Source: Podarcis cretensis (lineage: Eukaryota). From it: a DNA stretch of 64,000 bases. The notes below the pieces were generated by a model. That model was not told the DNA's origin and did not search any database. It worked only from the letters and a program-made list of their open reading frames with translations. The first letter of the stretch is position 1, and each line of letters opens with the position of its first letter. Both the position numbers and the translations under genes were made by a program. This document shows positions 24,177 to 35,500 of this stretch, in pieces. Location: positions 70,928,001 to 70,992,000 of the forward strand of contig OX638150.1 in NCBI GenBank assembly GCA_951804945.1, in the 5' to 3' direction.

Positions 24177-26986
24177 CCGTTCCGGCGGCAAGTGACCAGA
24201 GGACTCGTCCTCCCCAGCCGAAGATGAAAAGGAGAGGAAGCATCCAGGCAGACCGGACTCGCTGTTGACCCCAAGATGAACCGCGATCGTCACCGAAGCC
24301 CGTGCGGTCCAGGCGAGACGCGCACGCCGCTTCCTTTCTGAAGCCAGACTTTTCAGTTGGAAGATTGAGGAGTATGCAAAATGGACAAGGGTCTTGAAAG
24401 GGTGCAAGGTAAGGGCTTCTCAGCAGAAAACGTAGGGATAGCTCTCTCTCCCCCTTAATTCTTTACACGCACAGAAGATGCCCAGATCACACAACTGGAG
24501 CAGGGAATTACCCTTTAGTGCTGCTTAAGGTTCATTCTAGATATTAACTCTAACCAGGTGAATCAATATGTAAATAGCAGACTACAAAACAGAAAGGATA
24601 GCAATATTAGCTTAGGGAACAGTGGTGTTAACAAACATGAGTGCATGAGATGTCCTGTGATTAGCTGCTTAAAAATCCAAAGGATACCATAGCCAGTTAC
24701 AGGTCTTTCAGAATACTTACTTTTACTTTAAAAACAAGGGAATATAGAAGCAGAGCAATGATTACTAAATCAGGAAGGGCATTTTTTCTTTCCAATTAAG
24801 CAGGCATGCATGAATCAGTTGGATTGAATAAAAAACAGACTACATAGGATCAAAGTAGCCTGGAACACCAGAAGGTGTGTTGGTATTTCCCTCCCTTATT
24901 TTGCAGGTTATCTGGGATGTTTGCTAAAACAGGGAAGGTTTTGGAAGCAATTGACTTTTCTTTTCTTTTTTTAAAAAATATCAATATTCAGCTGTCATAT
25001 TCAATTCAGAATTAGACAGTGGCCTTTGCTTCTATTCTCCTTCCCACTTCCCCTTTTGGTTGCTCCGCATCTAGCATGGGAAAAAGAGCATTGGCCCATG
25101 TACTGCTAATTTTAGATGCTACGGGTTCATAAATAAACTTAACAGAGGTTTGACAAGTACAATCCACCAAGCGCATACAATCAATACAACACAACAATAT
25201 TTTATTTGTGATGCATTTGGGCTGGATAATCATCCACTGAAAAAATACTTCAAATACATTAACCCTGATTTAATGCAATGGATTGCAATGGGTAAGGGTT
25301 GCAGCTCAGTAGCAGAACACATTATTTACAAGCAGAAGCTCCCAAGTTGGGCATCTCCAAGTTAGGCTAAGAAAGATCCTTGTCTGAAACCCTGAAGAGA
25401 CATTGGTGCTCAGACAATACTGAGCTAGAGGTACCAATAAGGCAGCCTCCTGACATCATTTGCAAAGGTCTTTCACTGTATTCAGTAAAAGTTTATTATA
25501 CTTGCAATGGGTTAGAAGATCACTGTGGATCTTTCCAGCTATAAATAAAGTAGCATACATAATTCATAATAAATAACAGAAAGGAAGTTACACAGCTATG
25601 GAAAAGAGGTTGTTCCCGAGATTTAAAGTCCAGCATTAAAAAAAAAAAAAGTCAGCTACACATCCTACTGCACTAATTCATTTTGTTCTGCAGCTTGGTC
25701 CACCAGACTATTACATATCATGGACATTACTGCAGGAAGTGCCCCATACCACAAGAAGATACCCTTGCTAAGAAGCAACGCAGTGCTGTTCTGTTCAAAA
25801 AATATCTCTGAAAGGCAGTTTAAGATGTACTGTTGAGAGAAAGTGATTGTTCAAAGGCAGTCTAGTAGCTCCTTGACAGAGCAGGGATCTGAATCCAGAC
25901 TTTTACCATAATCATTTATTCACCTCAGCTTTCAACACTCATTCTTGAGCATAGTAATTCATGGACTGGAAATGAGCATCTACAACCATGCAAGGGTTAT
26001 CTAATGAGTTGGAAAGATTAATATGGTAGTATTTAAGAATACAAAGGTGGCAGCTGGTAATTCAGGTTGCAACTCAGCTTAAATAAGGGAGCTCTCAAGG
26101 ACATGGCTTTTCAGGCTTTCCACCAGGATGCGATTTTCGCTACTTGAAATATCTACAGCTGTGGCTGTAAAAAATGACAAGGTGCTCCAGGACTCAGCTA
26201 AAAACCAACACAGCACAATCTGGCACTGCCATTTCACTAGGGTAAACTATTTCTCTAATGTGGCCCTTACAATATTGTAGCCAAAGCTAGTGACAGGTTG
26301 TTGAGGGCTAGCTCTGTACAATTCACAACTAAACTACTCACATCCCTCCAGGAAAAAGGAAGAAAAACTCTTCAGGAAGCATTTCTTATTGCCACCCACT
26401 TATTAAAAACCCTACACAATTACATAGTGTAGGTTGCAAATGAGGTAGCCATAGCAGAGGAAGCAACAAGGGAGTTCTCATTCTCTCTGGAACGCCAGCA
26501 CATGAATTTGAGAAAGTAAAACCTCCAGTCTTGTCAGCTTCAAGACATTTCAAGTCATTTCTCTTGCCAAAATGAAGGATTCTTCTCTCCACCCTGCCCT
26601 GCCCCCATCATAGTACCAGATTCTTGAAAGATTGCTTGATTTTGCCCCCAAAAGAAACATGCACCAAACAACAGGGCTTCCAAAAACAGACCAGGAGATG
26701 AAGAGCCCAAATAAGGCACCTTCAAGTTCAAGGGAAAGCAGCCTTCCAGGGTCCAGTGCAAAATGGAGAACAATCTCCACATAAGACCTGGCAAGAAGAA
26801 CAGAGTAGAGCTGGAGAGTTCCCAGAAAGGCCACCTCCATGCAGTGGAAAAGGGAAGGACTGGAACATGAAGGCAACAGACTTTGTCCATCATTTCTTCC
26901 TGCCTCAAGCCAATCCAACACTGTGGGGGTGCAGCTCAGCGAGTCCAGCTCTTAGGAACTTAGTCAGCTTTGAGTCCTGGGAAAAC

Positions 26987-29900
26987 TCAAGTGTAGGAAA
27001 GGAGGTTAAGGTCATACGAGCCATTCACCTGAAACAAGAAAGATACAGAGAACTGTTTTTAGCAAAGAGTCAACATACTGGGAATGTTACGGGGTGTATG
27101 TTTCTCCCACACAGCCTTTATTCCCTCCAGTGGACAGAATGCTGGACTTGAGCTCAGGGGGAGCTGAATTCAAATTTCCACTCATCCAACAGGGTAACCT
27201 TGGGGGGAGTCACTATGCTGTAGCCCGAACTGCCCCAGGTTAAAATACAAACACTTCATGCAAGCCATCCTTAAGTTCCTTAGAGGAAGAAGGATACACG
27301 ATAAACAGAAATTTCATACTGACTGCCAAATTCTTTCATTGCAGCTTTCCTGATTCACTGCTGGAAACAGGGAAACCAAAGTGGGCTTTTGGCCTGATCC
27401 AGCAGGGCTCTTCTAAGGTTAATGGGTATGCTCTGTGGGCTGCAAAGGCTGAGCGTAAACTTGAAGTAAGTCTTCAAGAGTTCTAACCGGACTGCAATGA
27501 AGGACACACTCCCCAAACAAGAAGCAAAAGTAATATGAAACTAACATCAAAGCGGCCAATTCGTGCTGCTGGCTGGTTGGCTTGGAGCATCTCGGTCAAA
27601 ACCCACATTTGCTGCAGTTCAGAAGACACTTTGTCAGCATCAGGGAGTCCCTGAAAGTGAAGGATAGTTATATATTCATATAAGCAGTTTCTTTACTGCT
27701 TTTGAGGATAAAACATCACATCTCCCCAGAGCCATTCCCTGCCAGGAGCCTGTCAGCAAATCAGAAGCCCCCAGTGTCACCAACAATACTTACATCACGC
27801 AGGTTTGTTGGCCGCTCCTGAGGAGATGGGTGAGAAAGCCAAGCGGGGAAGCCTTTTTGTGGACTCTGGAAGATAAAAACAGCCCCAGAGCAAAACACTG
27901 CTGATTCTCTACCAACTGGAATGTTGCACTTACACACATTACCCTTTTTACCTTCACCAATTTACTCTCTAAGAGCAGGCTGCCTAAAGACATAAATACT
28001 TGTCTCTACTGCCCACAGGAAAGTGCAGAATTCACTCTTATGAACTACTACAATCTATTTACCTTAAGCTCTCATAGGAGCATTATTTACCAGGGGACGG
28101 GGGGCGGGCAATTCTCACTGTAGAGGTAGTGTCCAGGATAATGTTTCTCCCCATCTGGATTTCACAGGTGAAAGCTTACTCTAAAATCAGCTTTAGAATT
28201 GAACCTGGCAACTGCAGAGTTAATAACATGGATTATGTACATGAGGGGCTCTGGTAGTTTCATTGGTGAGGATGTGAAATTCATAGCATGGAAATTAGAA
28301 TGAATTGGCAGGGGGAGCCATTAATAAACTTGCTCCATGGGTAGCAGAGATCTTAACCTAAGAGAGTGAAGAAGAACAAGCTCAGTGAACAGTAGTTGAA
28401 TTACACAGGAAACTCTGATAAAACTCAGGCCAAGCAGCAGAAGAGAACAGGAGACTTGGCTCCACAGAAGCTGAAGGCTAGAAAAGGAGGACAGAATCAA
28501 AGAGATCTAGGTGCAGCATCTTCTCCAGTTCAGATGTGTGACCTAGCATTTTTTGGGGGGGGGGATAAAGCACAGAGAGCCTGAGTTCAGCCAGTTATCA
28601 GACCCTAGACTGTGTTCTGAAGAAGGCTTCATTTAATGCTGAGCAAGCCATTACAACCATAGAACAATGGTTACAGGTGCTTTGGGGATGAGTTGAGTAT
28701 GTACCTTCTGACCCCCAGGGAAAAGCTGCAGCTCCTCAATGGTGAAATGCAGCCATACTGGAGATGGTTGACGCAGGATGAGACGCATGGCAGCCACTCG
28801 GTCCACATCACAGAGCATCTGGCAAAGTAAGGGAGACAAGGCATCACTGAAACTGCGCCAAGGCCCTATATCCCTTCAAAACAAAGTAAACAATGATTTG
28901 TTGTAACATTGTAAGAGCTTCTAATAACTTAGACCTTGATACAAACAACAGGGAATCATTCCAAACTAGCTAGAATACAGTATAAGTAGTGCCAGGAATT
29001 AAGGTCAAGTCGAGGTATTATCATGGTCTGGTACATATAGTAGTAGTTCAGTTCTGAGCATTGGACCTTGTAGATCTAGTTAAATCTGGGCTCAGCTATA
29101 GTTTTCCTGGGTGGATTCAGGCATACCGGCATTTCTGTATCTCAGATTGTTAAAATCTTAGTTAAAATCAAAACTGTAAGGATCTACCTTGTTGCAAGAA
29201 TGGCAAAAGTTAGACCTGTAAAGACCTTTGCATAGTAAAAAAAACCTATAGAAAAAATAATAAAAACAGACATTCATTTTGCCTTTTACTTTGGGACTGC
29301 AAAACCATTACAACTGTCAATCCTTTCCCCTCAGTGTACCTAAACCTTCACTAAGTACTCTTGAAGTTTTGGTGGGCTAGGTTGTAACTTGCACTATTAA
29401 AAATGAAGTTTGGCTGGGATCCCTATCATTAATAATTTGTTTTCCTGAAAGTTACCAAGCATTACCTTGGTTCTGCATTTCTCCAATACAAAACACTCAA
29501 TGTAGCGGAAGCATTTTAATAAGACTAGCCCAAACGGCGCCTGTAATAGGCAGAGCTGAAAGGTACCCTATGGGCAGTAAGAGCATGCAGACTTTTATAA
29601 TTTTTTAGAAATTCTATTACAGAAACACACAGTCCATACTGTTCCCCCAATTATCATCTGGCACACTTAAAGAATGGGTGGGGAACTTGTTGTCCACCAG
29701 ACATTGCAAGACTACTGCTCCCACAATCTCTGACCATTGGCCACGCTGGCTGGCGTCGATGGGAGTTGGAGTCCAATAACATATGCAACCCACAAGTTCC
29801 CTATCCCAGCTCTATTCATGATTTACTCAGTGGTGGCTAAAGTGTGATGGCGCAACAAAATAAACCAGGAATGTTGTGCGGAGCACAGGCTGCCATTTCA

Positions 29901-30812
29901 GACAAGAAACAATATGAATTAGCAGAATGATTGAATCATCTCATAACTGAGATTCCTGCATTGCAGGGGGCTGGACTGGATGACTCTTGCATCCCTTCCA
30001 ATTCTATGATTTATGTGCAATACCAACAGAAATGCAGTGGATGCTCGGGTTGTGAACGTGATCCGTGCAGGAGGCACTTCTGCGCATGCGCCAAAACCCG
30101 GAAGTAACCTGTTCTGGTACTTCCAGGTTCGGCGCAGTGCGCAACCCGAAAACACGCAACCGGGAGTGTCTGTAACCCGAGGTATGACTGCACTTACCTG
30201 ATGTCTGGAGAGAGAGAAGTAATCCTGAGAGCCTTCTTCTGTGTGAGGGTTGGGCATCAAGCAGTAATTCTGCAGACAAGTAACCCACTTGGGAGGACTT
30301 TCGTTCCCACCATCTGCAGGGTTTCGGCGCTGCACCCGTAGAGTCAGAAAAGCTGTGTAATAGTTCTTGAATACTATTTCCTGCAACTGAGGATAGCAAT
30401 ATGAGGGGAGAACTGTCATGGATTCCTCCTTTTCTTGCTCAGAAACATTACTGGAACCCTTGGAGCAGGTCACTGCTGGAATATCTAAATTACAGCTTGG
30501 AGCAAAGTAGAGACACTTGCCTAGGGTAACCAAGTGAGTTAACAAAGGTGAGTTTTGAAGCAGGTACTTCCTGGTTCACCATCATAGTTTCTTTATCAGC
30601 TTTACAGCTAAAATGAGAGATTTCAAACATAAGATCTGACAATTCCAAGCCCCACACACTTGGTTTTCTCCCATACTTACATCAATGGTCTGTGAGTGTG
30701 GAAGCACAACATCAATCACCAGAACACCAGGACGGCCTTGCTCAGTCCTCATGTCTCCCACTTGCAGCGAGACTGGGCTCTTTAAAATGCAGGGAACAGG
30801 CTCATGAGCCAT
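26987..30812 (-). CDS. NICN1: Nicolin-1 (tubulin polyglutamylase complex subunit), about 217 aa
   Basis: Exons 30812-30681 (an upstream in-frame ATG is at 30821), 30386-30198, 28818-28705, 27865-27794, 27650-27546, 27028-26987, all phase 0. Motifs include GRPGVLVID, LQEIVFKNYYTAFL, LRQPSPVWLHFTIEELQ, RIGRFD and YDLNLLSYT*. Confidence 0.95.
30035..30190. mobile_element. Tc1/mariner (Tigger-like) MITE
   Basis: Imperfect TIRs cagtggatgctcgggtt / aacccgaggtatgactg. CpG-rich. Confidence 0.6.
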
Positions 30813-30907
30813 GGTCCCCATGCTGGAAAAGAGCAGTGGACTCCATTAAGCAGCACATAAATATTACAATTTCCACCTCCCTACACTGAAACTCGGGAAC
30901 CTGCCCC

Positions 30908-30939
<32 letters not shown>

Positions 30940-30955
30940 GTAGTAGTAGTAGTAA
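30908..30955. repeat. (ATT)n(AGT)n compound microsatellite
   Basis: Visible tandem trinucleotide repeats. Confidence 0.9.
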
Positions 30956-31181
30956 ATAAATTGAATAGTAAAGCGCAGGGCAGCACACACACCAGCAACA
31001 AAACATCCATTCAGAATTCCAATACAAATGCAGACTACTAATGACTATAACATGTATATTTGGGGGATCATATTCCACCAACAAAGCAAGTTCTGCAGAT
31101 CACCCTGTAGCATGATAGCTTTGTTTCACGTATCTGATACTGCCTGCTGTGAAAGGCCATGGTCCAATAAAACCAAGAAGG

Positions 31182-31213
31182 ATACTTACCTGGCAGGGGA
31201 GACACCTTGATCA
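31182..31213 (+). pseudogene. RNU1: 3'-truncated U1 snRNA retropseudogene (U1 nt 1-32) with 17-bp TSD
   Basis: ATACTTACCTGGCAGGGGAGACACCTTGATCA matches the U1 5' end (30/32 against the human sequence as recalled). It is flanked by the direct repeat caataaaaccaagaagg at 31165-31181 and 31212-31228. The last 2 nt are shared with the TSD. Confidence 0.93.
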
Positions 31214-31479
31214 ATAAAACCAAGAAGGTACAATCCTATGCATGCTTACTTGGAAGTAAGCCACATCACATTCGGGGGTGAGGGGCACACTTCTGATTAA
31301 AGACATATGGGATCAAGCTCCTCCAAGGTTTTACATACTATTTTTTTTTTTTTTAAGTAAACCAAACATTTTAGCAATAAAAACGTAGCAATAATATAAT
31401 GATGGCCACACAGGCTTCCTTACTGTCAATTAAGCAGCTCGGTTTTTTATTTAGCAAAGCTGGAGCGTCCCTTAAGAAG

Positions 31480-32520
31480 AGAAACACAGACGCACTCACC
31501 CCACTCCCGGCTAAGCCCAAGACAAGCAACGCTAAGCCCCCTCCCCGAGAGTAACGGACCCGTCGTCACCCGCGGAGGGCGGCGGGGACGCGCCCAGGTC
31601 CAAGCCCTTCCTTTGCCCACCCAGCGCATCTCTGGGACTCGCCTGCAGCCGCTCCCTGCTCGCTCTCGCGCCTCCTCCCTCTTCCTCCTGTCAACCTCCT
31701 GCTTTAAAGCGGGTAGAGGAGCCGACAGAGAAGAGCGAAGCAGTTCCCCCCACTACGGCTTCCCCTCACCCGCTTAGCAAGCGCAAAGCCACTACAAACA
31801 TGGCAGCACCGCACGTCACGAACGTTGCCACTACTACGGAGAACGAGGAGGCGGAAGCCTTTGTTGCTAGGGCTCGCTTGGCGTCGCGCACGCGTGACGA
31901 CACCGCGCCCCGCCCGCCTAAAGGCGGTGCTAACGGGAAAGAGGGGCGGGGCTTTAACTTGAAGCCGCCTTCCTAGAGACGTGTCTGCTGCGGCGCCTTG
32001 GCAATGACGCAAGCGGTCGCATTTCTAACCTGTCTGCGTTGCTGCGGCAACGCGATAGCTAGCGTTCTGATTGGCCGACAAGCACCGCCGCTCTCGGCCG
32101 CCATTGGATGCTTAGGATGCTTGGACACGTCCGGCGCACTGATTGGTCGACCGGTTCGGAAGGGAGCTTTACGGAGATGTCGTGGTGGCTGGTTCTGTCG
32201 GCTGTAGGCGGAGTGGCACCTCCGGGCCGGGTCAGGTGAGTTACGCGGTGCTGAGTGCGGAGGGGTGACGTTGGCTACGGCTACGGGCTTCTGGGTCCGG
32301 TCCTGAAGAGCACCGAGGGCTCCAGCAGCGGCGGCGGCGGCCGGGCTCTGAGCTCGAGGGGCTGCCGGCAAGTCCTGCTTGGCAGGGGGTGGACGCGGGG
32401 AGGTTGGGAGACCATCGAGGGGGACCTGGCAGGCAGCGGGGCCGGTAGAGGCCTTGGGGGCGGCGTGGGGTCTGACGCTTCGCCCTTTCCTCCGCCCTCT
32501 TTCAGGCAAGGATGAAGGCG
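31480..32520. promoter_or_regulatory. CpG-island bidirectional promoter, NICN1 (-) / GMPPB (+)
   Basis: CpG-dense, with a GC box (about 31943) and CCAAT boxes (gattgg at about 32069 and 32141). Candidate non-coding exon donors are at 31500 (minus, G|GTGAGT) and 32235 (plus, CAG|GTGAGT). The GMPPB acceptor is at 32506. Confidence 0.8.
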
Positions 32521-35500
32521 CTGATCTTGGTGGGGGGCTATGGCACGCGGCTGCGGCCCCTGACCCTCAGCATCCCGAAGCCCCTGGTGGAATTTTGCAA
32601 CAAGCCTATCCTGCTGCACCAGGTGGAGGCTCTGGTGAAGGTAGGATTGAGCACCAACCTTCTGTGTTTGGGTGGGTGGGTGAAGGTGAGGCTGCCGTCC
32701 GCTTAGAAGGGCGGGCAGTGGGGCGGGGGAGAAGACAGATTCAGGGGCCTCTTTTTCCTGAAAAGGGCGCTGTGCCTTTTAAGAGCTGCATGGCAGACTG
32801 GAATTCAATAGGTGAAGCTTTTGCTGCTGAGCTATTCCATGGGAAAGTCTCATGTCTGCCCGACTTAAAGGTGTTAAGGAGATACTTTATAAGTCCTCCT
32901 GCACACATCTGGGATGGCTTCTTGTGCTGTGTCCTCTGCCACGTTTCCTGTGCATTTCTAGGCATCTCCCCATCTCTGTGCTAACTGAAGATAAAATAAA
33001 TAGGAATGGATGTACATTTAGGATAACTTGTGCTATAGCCGGGGAAAGTGGCTCATACAAATGGATCACAGACTAATGCCTAAGTGATGGGTGGTCTTCT
33101 TCCAGATTTAGAAGTGGAATGTGTGAATTTTAACTGCTGCCCTTTTGCTGATTTAGCTTCCTTTTGCTCAGTGAGTTGATGGGGAAAGGATCAGAAATGT
33201 TTCTCTCTGTTCCAGTCTTGCATGACCATCCCTTACATCTCCTAAATAATTATGGTCTCTGGTCCAGTTGGATGGATATTGCCTTCCTGGGTCTGGGCAC
33301 CTGATCACCTCAGTTGTGTGCATAGTTCCAGAGTCTTGGAGTTACTATTCCTCTTATCTGACAGGCAGGTGTGAACCATGTGATCCTTGCTGTCAGTTAT
33401 ATGTCAGAACTGCTGGAAAAGGAGATGAAAGAACAAGAGCAAAGGGTAAGTTTTGAATTGACAGTTCTTAGGCTGCTTTTCTGAACCTGATGGTTAGGGG
33501 TCCTGTAGATGTGCAGGAGTTGATTGGAACTCTTCATTTGCTATAGCATTTTGTCTTAATGTGGCTCAGTGAAAGCTAGTGGCTCAATAGCCTTACCTAG
33601 ACTCATGCTGCTTTCACAGAGCATAGCCTTGTGAATCACTAACTCTAGTGATTATATTTCAGTGTTCATGAGGTGGGTATTTGATAGTTCACTTTATTCT
33701 TGAGGAGTTTTGCAACTGCAAGGAAAGGGGTTTGCTTTGGACTTTGCTGAGTTAGATAGCCTGTATGTGCTAGGGCCTCTTTGTGAAACTCAAATTAATT
33801 ATAGTGCAGTGCATGAGCTTTAATTAGATTACAACTATACAATATATTATAATTTTAACTGATTCCAATTAAGCCAAAATAAGCGCATGTTGTGCAAGTA
33901 TATCTACAAATGCTGCTCACTTCCTACACTGTAAAAAGCAGGGTGTGACTTTTTCTTGGCACCGTGCCATACCACTTTTCGTAGCTTCCTGTAACTGAAG
34001 GTTTATGGATTCAGTTTCATTGGCAATACCAGCTACACAAGTGTTGGTTAGAAGCAAGAAAACTGTCCTTCAGTAAAGATCTAGCTAGTGGTACACTCTT
34101 AACAACAGCACTCTCTTTTTGTGATTTGATATGATTCACTGGCAGATTACTTTGGCCAGAAACCTATTATTTTCAAATACATGGAACCTATTGTCTATAA
34201 CTATTTGAAGACAAAATAGATGCACTAGCTCAAGGATTAGTACTAATGCATTGGAAACCCCCCCCCCCCGCCCACCATACACTGTGCTGTCTTCAAATCT
34301 ATTCCAGAGGGTTTCAGAACATATTTAGAGAGTGTGTGTTGGGGGGGGCATAGTACAAGCATATTTTTTTCTGCTGACGGAATGTATTCTTTGTGCTGCA
34401 CCAAATACAACCTATACTTTTAATGCACATCTTATTTCAGACATTCCAGCATAAAAGGCTTAGCACCCTCTCCATTGTTACATTGGGACCAGATTCAACT
34501 GATTTGCTAGTGGAAGTGCAACGGGGCTTCCCCCCTTTGCCCTGTGTGCCCCCATGCCTTCCCCAAATACGCTCTCGCAGGTTGGGAGAACCCACTGAAG
34601 AGCACGGGGGGAGGAGATGGGAGATCATGCTGTTTGCAAAGCGTATACGCTTGTGCTGACAAAATGATCAAATTAGTGTAACACTGAATTCTACCCACTG
34701 ACTGCATTCTTTTTATTTTGGGGCTTCAAGGGTGCCATGTGCCTATTGGCTTGAATCCTAAGACAAGACAGCTTCAGAAAGTTCATGGAACGAAGATTTC
34801 CCATTTCCTATCTACATCCACAGCCACCTGTGCTTCTCCAATAGCTTCTCTGAAGGAATGGGGTCCCCAATTGTGGGACAAAGTGCAGGCGACTTTGGGA
34901 GGAGTAGTTAGGAAACCTTCCTTCTATGAACTTTATGAAGTTACCTTAGGATTCAAGCCAAATTTAGGGCAGTTATCAGTCATCCTCCATGCCTCATCCC
35001 ACATTTTACAAGCACGCCCCCCCCCCATTGCTCTAGGGAGGTTTTCAGGGGGAGGAGGGAACAGGAAACTTTCATTCTGTGAACTTCCTCAAGTTAACTT
35101 ATCTGAGGATCTACGCCACTGATTCTAACCTCCTCTTTGTAATCGTGAATGCAGCAACCTCTCTGGCCCTTAGTGTACCTAACTTAGCTGAAATTCTGTT
35201 GGACTTGATGGTAAGGTAAAGGTAAAGGTACCCCTGCCCGTACGGGCCAGTCTTGACAGACTCTGGGGTTGTGTGCCCATCTCACTCAAGAGGCCGGGGG
35301 CCAGCACTGTCCGGAGACACTTCCGGGTCACGTGGCCAGCGTGACATCGCTGCTCTGGCCAGAGCCAGAGCCGCACACGGAAACGCCGTTTACCTTCCCG
35401 CTGGTAAGCGGTCCCTATTTATCTACTTGCACCCAGAGGTGCTTTCGAACTGCTAGGTTGGCAGGCGCTGGGACCAAGCAGCGGGAGCGCACCCTGCCGC

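Noticed and set aside
31973-32984. Long ORFs (178 aa, 201 aa) at the GMPPB promoter
   Set aside because: GC-rich, low-complexity Pro/Ala/Gly/Arg frames overlapping the promoter and GMPPB exon, with no recognisable domain.
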